DNA of 64,000 nt from Felis catus. Lineage: Eukaryota. This document shows positions 51,398 to 64,000 of the stretch, piece after piece. The notes beneath the pieces were generated by a model. It made no database searches, had not been told where the DNA came from, and saw nothing but the letters and a program-made list of their open reading frames with translations. The stretch is from positions 38,008,001-38,072,000 of the forward strand of contig NC_058368.1 in assembly GCF_018350175.1 (NCBI RefSeq). Reading direction: 5' to 3'. The stretch's first letter is position 1. Every line of letters starts with the position of its first letter. A program made the position numbers and the translations under genes.

Positions 51398-54300
51398 ACA
51401 TACACACACATACATACCACATCTTCTTTATCCATTCATCAGTCGATGGATATTTGGGCTCTTTCCATACTTTGGCTATTGTCAGTAGTGCTGCTATAAA
51501 CATGGGGGTGCATGTGTCCCTTCGAAACAGCACACCTGTATCCCTCAGATAAATACCTATTAGAGCAATTTCTAGGTTGTAGGGTATTCTATTTTTAGTT
51601 TTTTGAGGAACCTCCATACTATTTTCCAGAGTGGCTGCACCAGTTTGCATTCCCACCAGCAATGCAGAAGAGATCCTCTTTCTCTGTATCCTTGCCAACA
51701 TCTGTCGTTGCCTGAGTTGTTAATATTAGCCATTCTGACAGGTGCAAGGTGGTATCTCATTGTGGTTTTGATTTGTATTTCCCTGATGATGAGTGATGTT
51801 GAGCACTTTTTCATGTGTCGGTTGGCCATCTGGATGTCTTCTTAGGAGAAGTGTCTATTCATGTCTTTTGCCCATTTCTTTACTGCATTATTTGTTTTTT
51901 GGGTGTTGAGTTTGATAAGTTCTTTATAGATTTTGGATACTAACCCTTTATCTAACATGTCATTTGCAAATATCTTCTTCCATTCTGTAGGTTGCCTTTT
52001 TGTTTTGTTGACTGTTTCCTTTGCTATGCAGAAGCTTTTTATTTTGATGAGGTCCCAGTAGTTAATATTTGCTTTTGTTTCTCTTCCCTCCCGAGATATA
52101 TTGAGTAAGAAGTTGCTGCGGCCAAGATCAAAGAGGTTTTTTCCTACTTTTTCCTCAAGGATTTTGATTGCTTTCTGTCTTACATTGAGGTCTTTCATCC
52201 ATTTTGAGTTTATTTTTGTGTATGGTATAAGTGGTCAAGATGCATGTCACTGTCCAGTTTTCCCAGCACCACTTGCTGAAGAGACTGTCTTTATTCCATT
52301 GGATATTCTTTTCTGCCTCATCAAAGATCAGTTGGCCATACATTTGTGGGTTCATTTCTGGGTTCTCTATTCTGTTCCATTGATCTGAGTGTCTGTTCTG
52401 GTGCCAGTACCATACTGTCTTGATTATTACAGTTTTGTAGTATAGCTTGAAGTCCGGGATTGTGATGCCTCCTGCTTTGGTTTTCTTTTTCAAGATTGCT
52501 TTGGCTATTTGGGGTCTTTTCTGGTTCCATACAAATTTTAGGATTATTTGTTCTAGCTCTGTGAAGAATGCTGGTGTTATTTTGATAGAGATTGCATTGA
52601 ATATGTAGATTGCTTTGGGTAGTACTGACATTTTAACAACATTTGCTCTTCCTATTCATGAGCATGGAATCTTTTTCCATTTTTTTGTGCCTTCTTCAGT
52701 CTTTCATAAGCTTTCTATAGTTTTCAGTGTATAGATTTTTCACCTCTTTGGTTAGATTTATTCCTAGGTATTTTATAGTTTTTGGTGCAATTGTAAGTGG
52801 AATCAATTCCTTATTTTCTCTTTCTGTAGCTTCATTGTTGGTGTATAGGAATGCAACTGATTTCTGTGCATTGATTTTATATCCTGCAATTTTGCTGAAT
52901 TCATGAATCAGTCTCACAGTTTTTTTGGTGGAATCTTTTGGGTTTTTCATATAAAGTATCATGTCATCTGCAAAGACTGAAAGTTTGACCACCTCATAGC
53001 TGATTTGGATACCTTTTATTTCTTTGTGTTGTCTGATTGCTGAGACTAAGACTTCCAATACTATGTTGAATAACAGTGGTGAGAGTGGACATCCCTGTCT
53101 TGTTCCTGATCTTAGGGGGAAAGCTCTCAGTTTTTCCCATTGAGGATGATATTAGCATTGGGTCTTTCATACATGGCTTTTATGATCTTGAGGTATGATC
53201 CTTCTATCCTTACTTTCTTGAGGGTTTTTATCAAGAAAGAATGCTATATTTTGTCAAATGCTTTGTGTGCTTCTATTGAAAGGATCATATGGTTCTTGTC
53301 CTCTCTTTTATTGATGTAATGAATCATGTTAATTGTTTTGTGGATATTGAACCAGACCTGCATCCCAGGTATAAATCCCCTTGGTCGTGGTGAATAAATT
53401 TTTTAATGTATTGCTGGATCTGGTTGGCTAATATCTTGCTGAGGGTTTCTGCATCCATGTTCATCAGGGAAACTGGTCTATAGTTCTTTTTAGTGGGGTC
53501 TCTGGTTTTGGAATCAAGGTAATACTGGCCTTGTGGAAAGAGTTTGGAAGTTTTCCTTCCATTTCTATTTTTTGGAACAGCTTCAAGAGAATAGCTGTCA
53601 ACTCTTCCTTAAATGTTTGGTAGAATTCCCCTGGAAAGCCATCTGGCCCTGGACTCTTGTTTTTGGCATATTTTTGTTTAGTAATTCAAGTTCTTTACTG
53701 GTTATGGGTCTGTTCAAATTTTGTATTTCTTCCTGTTTCAGCTTTGGTAGTATATATGTTTCTAGGAATTTGTCCATTTCTTCCAGATTACCCATATTAT
53801 TGGCATAGAATTGCTCATAATATTCTCTTATTATTGTTTTAATTTCTGCTCTCTCTTCTTTCATTCTTGATTTTATTTATTTGGGTACTTTCCTTTTTCT
53901 TTTTGATTAAACTGGCTAATGGCTTATCAGTTTTGTTGATTCTTTCAAAGAACCAGCTTCTGGTTTCATTGATCTGTTCTACTGTTTTATTGGTTTCAAT
54001 AGCATTAATTTTTGCTCTAATCTTTATTATTTCCTGTCTTCTGCTGGTTTGGGGTTTTATTTGTTGTTCTTTTTCTAGCTCTTTAAGGTGTAAGGTTAGG
54101 TTGTATATCTGAGATCTTTCTTCCTTCTTTAGGAAGGCTTGGATTGCTATATACTTTCTGCTTATGACTGCCTTTGCTGCGTCCCAGAGGTTTCGGGTTG
54201 TGGTGTTATCATTTTCACTGACTTCCATATACTTTTTAATTTCCTCTTTAGCTTCTTGGTTGGCCCATTTATTCTTTAGTACGATATCTTCAGTCTCCAA

Positions 54301-55041
54301 GTATTTGTTACGTTTCCAAATTTTTTCATGTGGTGATTTCGAGTTTCATAGAGTTGTGGTCTGAAAATATGCACAGTATGATCTCAATCTTTTTGTAATT
54401 TCTGAGGGCTGATTTGTGTCGCAGTATCTGATCTGTTCTGGAGAACGTTCCACGTGCACTGGAGAAGAATGCATATTCTGCTGCTTTAGGATGAAATGTT
54501 CCGAATATATCTATTAAGTCCATCTGGTCCAGTGTGTCATTCAAAGTCATTGTTTCCTGTTGATTTTTTGATTAGGTGATCTGTCCGTTGCTGTGAGTGG
54601 GGTGTTGAAGTCTCCTACTATTATGGTATTACTATTGATGAGTTTATTTATGTTTGTGATTCATTGATTTATATATTTGGGTGCTCTCACATTTGTTGCA
54701 TAAATGTTTACAATTGTTAGGTCTTGTTGGTGGATAGACCCCTTGATTATGATATCATGCCCTTCTGCATCTCTTGATACAGTCTTTATTTTAAAGTTTA
54801 GATTGTCTGATATAAGTATGGCTACTCCAGCTTTCTTTTGTTGACCATTAGCGTGATAGATGGTTCTCCATCCCCTTATTTTCAATTTGAAGGTATCTTT
54901 AGGTCTAAAGTGGGTCTCTTGTAAACAGCATATAGATGGATATTGTTTTCTTATCCATTCTGTTACCCTATGTCTTTTGATTGGAGCATTGTGTCCATTG
55001 ACATTTAGAGTGAGTACTGAAAGATATGAATTTATTGCCAT
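51327..55041 (-). pseudogene. L1 ORF2 (endonuclease/reverse transcriptase), fragmented by stops and frameshifts
   Basis: ORF fragments MAINSYLSVLTLNVNG...[45 protein letters not shown]. Confidence 0.95.
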
Positions 55042-55141
55042 TATGTTCCTTGTAAAGTTGGAGTTTCTGGTGGTGTTCTCTGGTCCTTTCTAATATTTGT
55101 TGCTTTTGGTATTTATGTATGTATTTTCATCTTTTCTGCCC

Positions 55142-56022
55142 TCAGAGAGTCCCCCTTAAAATTTCTTGCAGGGATGGTTTAGTGGTCACAAACTCATTTA
55201 ATTTTTGTTTGTCTGGGAAACTTTTTATCTCTCCTTCTATTTTGAATGACAGCCTTGCTGGATAAAGAATTCTTGACTGCATATTTTTCTGATTCAGCAC
55301 ACTGAATATATCCCTCCACTCCTTTGTGGCCTGCCAAGTTTCTGTGGATAGGTCTGCTGCAAACCTGATCTGTCTTCCCGTGTAGGTTAGGGACTTTTTT
55401 TTCCCTTGCTGCTTTCAGGATTCTCTCCTTGCCTGAGTATTTTGTGAATTTGACGATGATATGCCTTGTGATGGTCAGTTTTTGTTGAATCTAATGAGAG
55501 TCCTGTGTTCTTCCTCGATTTTGATGTCTATGTCTTTCCCCGGGTTAGGAAAGTTTTCCACTATGATTTTCTCACATAATCCTTGTACCCCTATTTCTCT
55601 CTCTTCTTCTTCTGAGATCCATATAATTCTGATGTTGTTCCTTTTTAATGAGTCACTGATTTCTCTAACTTTATAATCATGCTCTTTTGCCTTAATCTTC
55701 ATCTTTTTTTCTGCTTCATTATTCTCCATAAGTTTGTCCTCTATATTGCTGAGTCTCTGTTCTGCCACCTCCATTATTGCCACCATGGCATCCATCCGTG
55801 ATTGCAGCTCACTTATAGCATTTTTAATTTCATTCTGACTAGCTTTTACTTGTTTTATCTCCTCAGAAAGGGATTATAATCTATTTTAAACTCCAGCCAG
55901 TATTCTTATTATTATGATTGTAAATTCTGGTTCAATCATCTTTCTTGTATCCATGTTGGTTAAGTACCTGGCTGTCGTTTCTTCCTGCTCTTTCTTTTGG
56001 GTGAATTCCTTTGTTTCATCAT
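55142..56022 (-). pseudogene. L1 ORF1 (RNA-binding protein), disrupted
   Basis: Fragment AEQRLSNIEDKL...DSLKRNNIRIIWISEEEE...ENFPN; ATG at 56022. Confidence 0.9.
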
Positions 56023-59000
56023 TTTAGAAGGGAGAAAAGGAATTGAGGTGGAAAAATTTAAATTAAAAACATTAAAATTAAAAAATTAAACACAAAGACA
56101 CACAGCAAATAGAATAAATGATGCTAGATCCTAGGTGTGTTTTGGTCTGGGTGTTGAAAGTGGCTTGATAGATTAGAGAAAAAAGGGGGGAAAGAAAAAA
56201 AAGAGGAAATTGTTTGAAAATTTGATAAAATGAATACAGTGAACTAGACTAAAATGAAATGATGGAAGTAAAATAGAATTTGAAAAAATGTACACAAAAG
56301 TTAAAAATACAGTAGAAAAAAATTAAAGAAAATATTTTTAATAAAAACTGAAACTAAAAATAATTTTTTTTCTTTATTCAAGAAAAAGAAAAATTAAAAA
56401 GAGGGGAAAAAAGAAAAGAAAAAAGAAAATTGAATAGTGGGACTGGCTAACTGACTGAAATATGACTGAAATTACTTCGTTATCCCCTGGAAGTCAAACT
56501 ATGAAGTGCTTTATAGTCCATAAACTAAAGCAGGTAGTGAGACTTGTGTTCTTGAAGAGCAAGGTTGGACCAGTTGGGTGGGGCTTAGTGTAATGGCTCC
56601 ATTCTCCATTAGATGGCGCTTCTAGCCTACTGGGGTAGATTGTTTTGGTGCTTGTAGGTGCATATGTGCATGTGCGAGCGGTGAAAATGGAGTCACCCAG
56701 CTACCCAGTTTCTAGTATCGGAACTCTGTTCTCCCCGATCAGCAATTGCGCACCCGTCTTCTGTCTTCAGCTTTCGTCCACTCCCCCTTTTTCACTGTCC
56801 GTGACCAAGCCCCAGGAAGTACCTCTCTCAAGTTTTGTCTCAGATGTGGCTGCCCTCCCTGGCCACCCAGTTCTGAGGGACTGTGGCTTTGACCCACTCT
56901 GCCCTTTTGTGGAGGGTCTCACCAAGCAATGGCCGGGTGGCAGCAGCACCAAGGAATGCTTGCGGGCCCATGCTGCTGCCGATGCCCAGAGACTGCGGCC
57001 AGGTGCTATTTGTTCCAGAAAAAGTTCTCGAGACAATGTAGCAGCGGCGTTTCAGGGATTATGGAAAATCACAACACACATCTGGTGCCAGGCTTCACCC
57101 ACAACAACCTTGTTCCAGCACCAGCGAATGTGGCCATTCTCTGTGGTCTGCTGGGCCCAGGTGGCCTCACAGCCTCTACCAAATGTCCTTCCAGTAGTGG
57201 AACCGCTTTTCCCTGTGTGTCCTGAGAACCTCCCAGACCCCACTCTGTTCCTGGGGATTCGTCCTTCCCACAAGAGCACCGCCAGGTATCGAGCTGGGGA
57301 GTTGCAGCCTTTGCGCTCCCCTTGTTTACAGTCTTAAGGAATTTAAACCGTCTCCTTTCTCCTTTCTCCCTTTATAGTTTAGTCCCTGTGGCTGTTTCCA
57401 ATTTTCTACTTTCTCTCCAGCTGCTTTTGTGGGGGGTGCTTTTCCCGTATTCTCCCCCCACCTCTCTCCATCCTCTCTCTGCACACAAAAGCAGCTCCAT
57501 GCCCTCCGTGGCTTCTCAACCTCTCCATGCTGCATGCCTGCTGAATTCTTTGGTTCAGGTTGTGCAGATTGTTGTGTTAATCCTTAGATCAGTTTTCTAG
57601 GTGTGCAGGATGGTTTAGCGTTGGTCTGGCTGCATTTCATGGACACGAGGCACACAAAAAGCTTCCATGCTGTTCTGCCGTCTTGGCTCCTCCCCTTTAG
57701 TTAAAAGTTCTTAAACACAGAGCAGTTTAAACAAAATATGAAATCACATGTATACAATAACTGAGCTCCCATATATATGGAGAAAGACAGCTTTAAAGAA
57801 TATATTAAAGTTTCACGTAAGGCATAAATTAATGGAATGTATTTTTTTTTATTCTGTTTTATTTCTGAGCTACCAAAGGAAAACAGTGAAACGGTATCAG
57901 TTCAAAGCACTTCATAAACTATCTTAGCTGACATGTTGTGTGAAAAATGTATAAAAGCAATTAAAATTAATGGTAACTTATTTTTTCAGTATACCCAAGG
58001 AATATTGAAATGATGTATCACAAAATAAAGGCATAAAAGCAAGACACAAATTTCAAAATTATACATTATTTCAGATACAATTTTTACCAATGAATTTCCA
58101 ACTATGAATTAAAAACACAATTTCTTAAATTATGATGGTGACAAATTTCTCCACTTAGTACTATGACAGTATATGCCTGATAGGCTGATAAACTATGGTG
58201 AATTTAATCTGATTAAAATCCTCATTTGTGCCTTCCTTCTCCTTGGCTTATTGTATGGATGTTGAGTTTTATATCATCTGGCCTGGGGTATCACTTAGGA
58301 AATGCTGACTTTTTTTCTTTTTTCTGTCTTTTTACTTTCTACCACCACTGGGCTTCCTGAACACTCATAAGTCACTGCAGAACCAGGCACTTCAGGGAAG
58401 TGATTGATGATAGCAGCTACTGTCCTTGACAGATTTTGATCCCCACCAGAAATTCAGCATCCATCATGTGCCTGAAATACTCAGTTGTTCCTTGATGATT
58501 TAGTATCCCAAATTCTGTGTTCCACAATTTCTACTTAGAGTGGAAAAATCTGTCATTTTGGAAAAGATGCAATGATTTCCATTCTTTTTGAGTATCAGTA
58601 AGCTCATAACAACCTTATAGTGAAAGCTACATTGTGTCATATTGTTCGTAATTAAAAGGAGAATCAATCACATGCTGCTCAATTCCTTGTAAATATTATA
58701 GTAGGTAACACCATCTTCCAACTAGAAAAAGTCTGTTCTGTGCATCAAATCATAGTGTATGAAAGTTGTATATATCAAGTTATGCCATGATATAAAATAT
58801 AAAATACATTTTTGCTAATTTAGCATATTTCCATATTTTCCTTTGTCAATACTTATCAAATATCATTTTTCAGATAGTTTAAGATGCCAAATAAATGTAA
58901 TTAATCATTTTACTTTACTGTTTGATTAGAAATTTTAATACAGACACTAACAAGGATGTACAACTCTTCAAGTGAAAGAAAAAGTTCAAAGTTAAGGAAA

Positions 59001-59426
59001 AGTTGAGTGTTATAAATAGGTAATAAGAATACCTGCTTATTTTCTGCTGATTTTTTTCAAAGTTATCTGACTTCCTTGAATAAGAAATTTTTTAGAAGAG
59101 ATACCATAAAAGCCATGAGGTTGTAAGTCTGATGAAAAGACAAGTGTTTTATACATAAAAATGACAATCCATAAAGAAAGAATGAGCAACTTAAAGAAAA
59201 CAAGGCAGATATAACTATTTCACAAGATACTCTTTTGAAAATATTCTTTATTTTAATATATTCTCTTTTGTAAATTTAATGTTTCATATATAATGTTTTA
59301 TGCAGTACTTCTCAACTTTAACATACTTAAGAATAATTTGTATAACTTGTTGAAACAGGATGATGGGAATAACTCCAGAGATTTTGAGTTGGATAGTCTG
59401 GGGTATGTCCATGAAATTTACATCTT

Positions 59427-59654
59427 TTTTTTTTTAATTTTTTTTCAACGTTTTTTATTTATTTTTGGGACAGAGAGAGACAGAGTATGAACGGGGGAGG
59501 GGCAGAGAGAGAGAGGGAGACACAGAATCGGAAACAGGCTCCAGGCTCCGAGCCATCAGCCCAGAGCCCGACGCGGGGCTCGAACTCACGGACTGCGAGA
59601 TCGTGACCTGGCTGAAGTTGGACGCTTAACCGACTGCGCCACCCAGGCGCCCCA
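59427..59654 (-). mobile_element. Young felid CAN-SINE (CpG-rich)
   Basis: Same diagnostic bases as the 20434 copy; perfect TSD gaaatttacatctt (59413-59426, 59655-59668). Confidence 0.97.
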
Positions 59655-60289
59655 GAAATTTACATCTTAGAAAATGCCCAGAGTTTGAAGATTTTTCCAG
59701 GAAGTGGGCCATATTTTGAGTATGACTGCTTTGGGATTAAAATATTAGAAATACATATTTCTTACAGATATTAGTCTGTAGGGAACTGGGCTAGGAGAAA
59801 ATGTATATGGCAGTCCTTATACTTTTCTATGAATTGTTCTCCATCAGTGAGCAGTGATGTGTTGATAATGCCCGAGGCTTCTATGCCCAGTTCTCTTCTG
59901 GGTATGACTTAGTCCCTTTATTATAGAGATTGTTTCTCCTGGTGCCTAGAAAACTTTTGAGATTCCCTCCTCCTTAGTTTGTTCTTCTAACTTGCCCATG
60001 AATACTCTAGAACTGCTTTTCTAGTATGAGTGTTAGAACTAAGTTCTTTAGTAACAGGCATCTTGTCTTTCCTGAGCATCCTGGCACCCGAAGGGCTTAA
60101 TTAGTATCTGTCAGCTAGTCATAGTAAGTCTTCAACAAATACTTATGGAATAAATATGTAAAACCTGAAATGTGATTCATGGTATGAGTTAGTTGGTCCT
60201 TATCTAAGTACCCCCTCCATGCCGTTTTCCCCACAATATGTTATAAACTTTTGTAACCCAACTCACTAATGGAAATTATGACACATATA

Positions 60290-60440
60290 ATCACTGAGAT
60301 ATTCATTTGTCTCCTCAGCTAGAATGTTTTCTTTGACAATGAGCTCTACCTTCTTTTTACCTCTAGATTCTCAGCACCATGCAAGTGATTGGCATGACCA
60401 ATACAAGCATTGTATGACCATGCTTAATAAATGTTTACAG
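60290..60440 (+). mobile_element. L2 3'-end-like fragment
   Basis: ttgtctcctcagctagaatgt...ctcagcacca...tgcttaataaatgttt. Confidence 0.5.
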
Positions 60441-60462
60441 TATGTACTGAGTGATTTCTATT

Positions 60463-60709
60463 CTTTTAAAAAAATGTTTTTTTAATGTTTTATTTATTTA
60501 TTTTTTAGAGCGAGAGAGAACATGCATGCACACACAAGTGGGAGAGAGGCAGAGAGAGAGAGGGAGATAGAGAATCCAAAGCAGGCTCCAGACACTGAGC
60601 AATCAGCACAGAGCCCAATGTAGGACTCGAACTCACAAACCATGAGATCATGATTTGAGCCAAAATCAAGAGTTGGACACTTAATCACCTGAGTCACCCA
60701 GGTGCCCCC
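60463..60709 (-). mobile_element. CAN-SINE
   Basis: T-tail, gagaatccaaagcaggctcc, ...gagtcacccaggtgcccc. Confidence 0.94.
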
Positions 60710-63700
60710 CTTTTCTATACTTTTTATTTGAAAATGAACAAGGGTATATCTCCTTTGAAACTTAATTATCTTCTCAACTTTTTTTCAACTTAAGGTCTGC
60801 TTCTTTTAGGATTCCTTTTCTAAACCTCCAGGCTACATAAGGTTCTGCCATTCTGTCCACTAATAACATTCTATTCCATGTCTCAGCACTTATCCATGTG
60901 TCATTATACGTTTATTTTGTAACGTTTTATTTAAAAAATCCTCTAAAATCTTAAAGGTAACAAATATTTATATTGTGGTTTATTATTTTATTTTATAATG
61001 TAATTTAAAAAATGTGTTGAAGCAGTATATGAAATTATTAAAAGAACCTAATGTTCATGAAATTATTCAAATGAGTAAGAAATAATTACTTAAAGAATGA
61101 TAGCTTTATTTTCCAATTATACTAAACATTGCTGGACTTTTTACTTTGTCCCTATTTGCACTCAGTGCATAGATCAATGTGCTATTTAACTGTAAATCTC
61201 CAATAACTTTCTAAAGGAGAGAGCTTTGAGATACCAGTGATAAAAAGTTTACATTGAAATATTCAGCCAAATCATCCAAACCATAGAATAATAGGTAATT
61301 GGGGAAATTGTCCAACCAAATAAAAAATGAGTATAAACAATTAAATTTTACAGTTGAAATAAGCTTAGTATAATTATATCATAGATTATCCAGGAAATCG
61401 ATGGCTATAACTTTATCAAGGAGCCATCATCAACAGGATCAACTGGGAAAAATAGATGTATAATATTCATAAAATTGAACACTTACTCTAAATGCACAAC
61501 TTTTCAAAAGTAAAAGACTTAGATATAAGAAGGAAGGAATTATAGGATACAGTGCAGAAATACTTCTAAGTGGAGTTACAAAGATGTCCAGAAAAATAAT
61601 CATTTAAAATGAATTAGGATTTATAGTGATGAGAAAGTTCTTAAAAGAATATATATTTGTTTATATATTTCTTTACACACACACAGAGAGAGAGAGGGAG
61701 TGAGAGACAGAGACAGAGAGACAGAATGAGCAAAGACTTGGCTGTGTGAAACACAGGTGTGAATTTCAAGTAGTTCATTTTAGTTGTGGAGCAGGCAAAG
61801 GAGAAGTAGAAGATGATGGGTTAGAAAAATAAATAGGAAGGACTGAAAATGGGGTACTGAATAACATTTAAGCTATTGTTCTGGCACTTGTGCTAGAAAA
61901 TAATAGATTTCTTTACAGAAGCCAAGCCCACCACAATTCTTTGAGTAGGCTATCTGTTGAAATTTGACCTTATAAATTCCTGAAAATAATCATAGGTGTA
62001 AGTCTTGATGTCACCTTGTTAGTTTCTGAAAGCGAGCGTACCTTTGGAGCCTGGATATCCTATTTAATCTTAAGTATAGATGTATTACTTAGTATTTTTT
62101 AATAGATATTGTTCCCCAGAACTACTTTCATTCATTTGTGTATCTCACGCTACAATTTCTATTCTGATTCCCCAGAAATGTTAGGTTATTTTCAGTTTCT
62201 AATTGAAATTAAAAGGAACTGAAACATACTACTCGCAAAGAAAGATGAATTTTTTTTTCAAATTTACGTGAGAATGGTACAATAGTATTAGTGACCTAAA
62301 TGACAAAGTAAATTTTTAAAAATTACTTACATGGAAGTATGTTATCACTTTTGACACTCTCTTACCAGGTAAATGCTATTTTAATGGCTACTTTGTTTAG
62401 CAGCAATGACGGCTCAAAGAACAGCAAGCTGTGTAACCTTGATAAGACTTATGTGAAAGGAATACATATGATTTAAAACGAATTAAACGTCCAGCTCCTC
62501 ATGGAAGGACTTATTCAGTGATTACCCAAAAAAGATATGTGAACAAAATACTTTTAATTTCAACACACTGATAATTGCACTCTCTGCTGTCAAACATTTT
62601 AGAAGGAACTGTGCAAATGTGTTATCTTACAGCAGAGATAACAATTCAGGTGAAATCCTTAAAAATGAGCCTATTTCTATTATTGCGAGAGAAACTTGTC
62701 ATGAAATTAAAATGACAAATTATACTCCAATGCAGCTAACACTACACTGAAATGTATCAATAATAAAATAATTCAAAATATTTACAGAATTTTGTCACTA
62801 TAGGAAATAATGCTAAACATTTAGGAGAAGTTTACAAATGGGGAAAGGAGCTAGATTAACCATTCTGATTGAAAATTAAACATGTGCTTCTCACAAGAGA
62901 ACCTCTTTTGGAAAATTTTGAAGGGCAGTATTTTAAGGAGCCATTTATAGAAGTTATCTGTGTTTGATATTTCTGTTTTTTGGTTTACGTGTCTCAGATG
63001 GCATAGTATTATTTTGGAAGGTATTGTGAAAAAGGAAAATGATAAAAGCAGAAGGGTATTGTATCCATTGGCCAGAGAATAGAGATTTTTATATACTACT
63101 AAGAGAAAATACTTTAAATAAAATCAGATAAGACACAAATGGGGAAAAAATACTGTAAAAAAGCAAGAACCTGGAAATGTCCCACCATACAAAGTCTAAA
63201 AAGTACAGATTGCCAGAAAAATGTAAGGTAGAGGCTTCATTATAATTCATTGGTATTATCAGTCACATTCTTCCTAAGGTATCAGGGGTCCATAAGATTT
63301 GTTATCTGGTTGAGCAATCATTTAAGAGATTCCGAGAATTGAAAGCCACTTTGGAAAACTTGGGCCTATATTCCTTAGAAATGCATTTAATAACTGTTTA
63401 AAAGACATTCTATGCAGCATAGGCAATTATAATTGATTTATTTATAATTTCCCAATCCTAGAATTTAAGGACATTGACATTACCTATTACATTCTCTATG
63501 GTTTCTGTGATTTCTACCCTAGAATTTCCATCTTCTATGGCATGCAAATACACACACACATACCTGCACACACACCATTAGAAAGTTATTTCCTGTCAAT
63601 TTCCATAATGTAAAGATTTCTGTAATTCTTAGAATAATCATCACTGAGGGTACTCTCAACACATCATATTAATTTCCCATTGTTAAAGAATCTACCTCAG

Positions 63701-64000
63701 TCATTCCAAATTTTATAAGAATATTATACTTTCCTCTTTACTAAATTGAGTAACTTATAAATGACATAAACCTATTTCTATTTAGCTTTCCAATTTAAGA
63801 AAATGTTATCTGGGCCTTTGCTCAGAGGATATGGAGTATAGTTAAAAACTGAATAAAAATTTGCCCCTTTAAAAAAATATAAAGTCTCAATTCTAATAAC
63901 TGCAGTACATATTGTTGGTGGCTCTATAAGGCAAAGGGTTCAATTTTTCTTCAATTTAAGCAAACTTTCTTCCATATTGATATACTTGCTATTGAAGTAG

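Larger units (their letters stand above)
50900..57695 (-). mobile_element. Full-length felid LINE-1 (~6.8 kb), inactivated
   Basis: 5' end ggggaggagccaagacggcagaacagcatggaagc (reverse complement), GC-rich 5'UTR, ORF1, ORF2 with EN and RT (FADD) motifs, 3'UTR and A-rich tail; gttaaa on both flanks. Confidence 0.97.

Noticed and set aside
50900..57695. Active retrotransposition-competent L1
   Set aside because: ORF1 and ORF2 contain multiple stops, frameshifts and small deletions.
62391..62475. Possible exon after tttgtttag (SNDGSKNSKLCNLDKTYVKG...)
   Set aside because: Weak pyrimidine tract, no donor, short frames and an unrecognised peptide.
1..64000. CRISPR array, operon or other prokaryote-type system
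   Set aside because: The sequence is mammalian repeat-rich DNA with no regularly spaced repeat-spacer array and no dense coding.

Overview
AT-rich mammalian genomic DNA from a cat-family (felid) genome. The assignment rests on 20 tRNA-derived CAN-SINEs, including three CpG-rich young felid-type copies, and on carnivore/felid LINE-1s. I recognise no intact protein-coding gene, so the window looks intergenic or deep-intronic. Bases 1-38 kb are unique sequence with scattered SINEs, solo LTRs, MER5A/MER44 DNA-transposon relics and short L1 pieces. Bases 38.1-57.7 kb are a nested L1 block: an old full-length plus-strand L1 carrying several insertions, facing a younger full-length minus-strand L1 tail to tail. 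The most notable observations are: (1) an unexplained diverged ~250-bp direct repeat (3.6 kb and 5.2 kb) that keeps reading frames and a bulged hairpin; (2) a 2.1-kb composite LTR/old-L1/L1-tail cassette with twin-priming geometry inside the old L1; (3) a 5'-complete, 3'-truncated L1 with no poly(A); (4) a young SINE with a triplicated Pol III B box; (5) a 216-codon antisense ORF in an L1 5'UTR. Repeat subfamily names come from my recall of consensus sequences and need RepeatMasker/Dfam confirmation.
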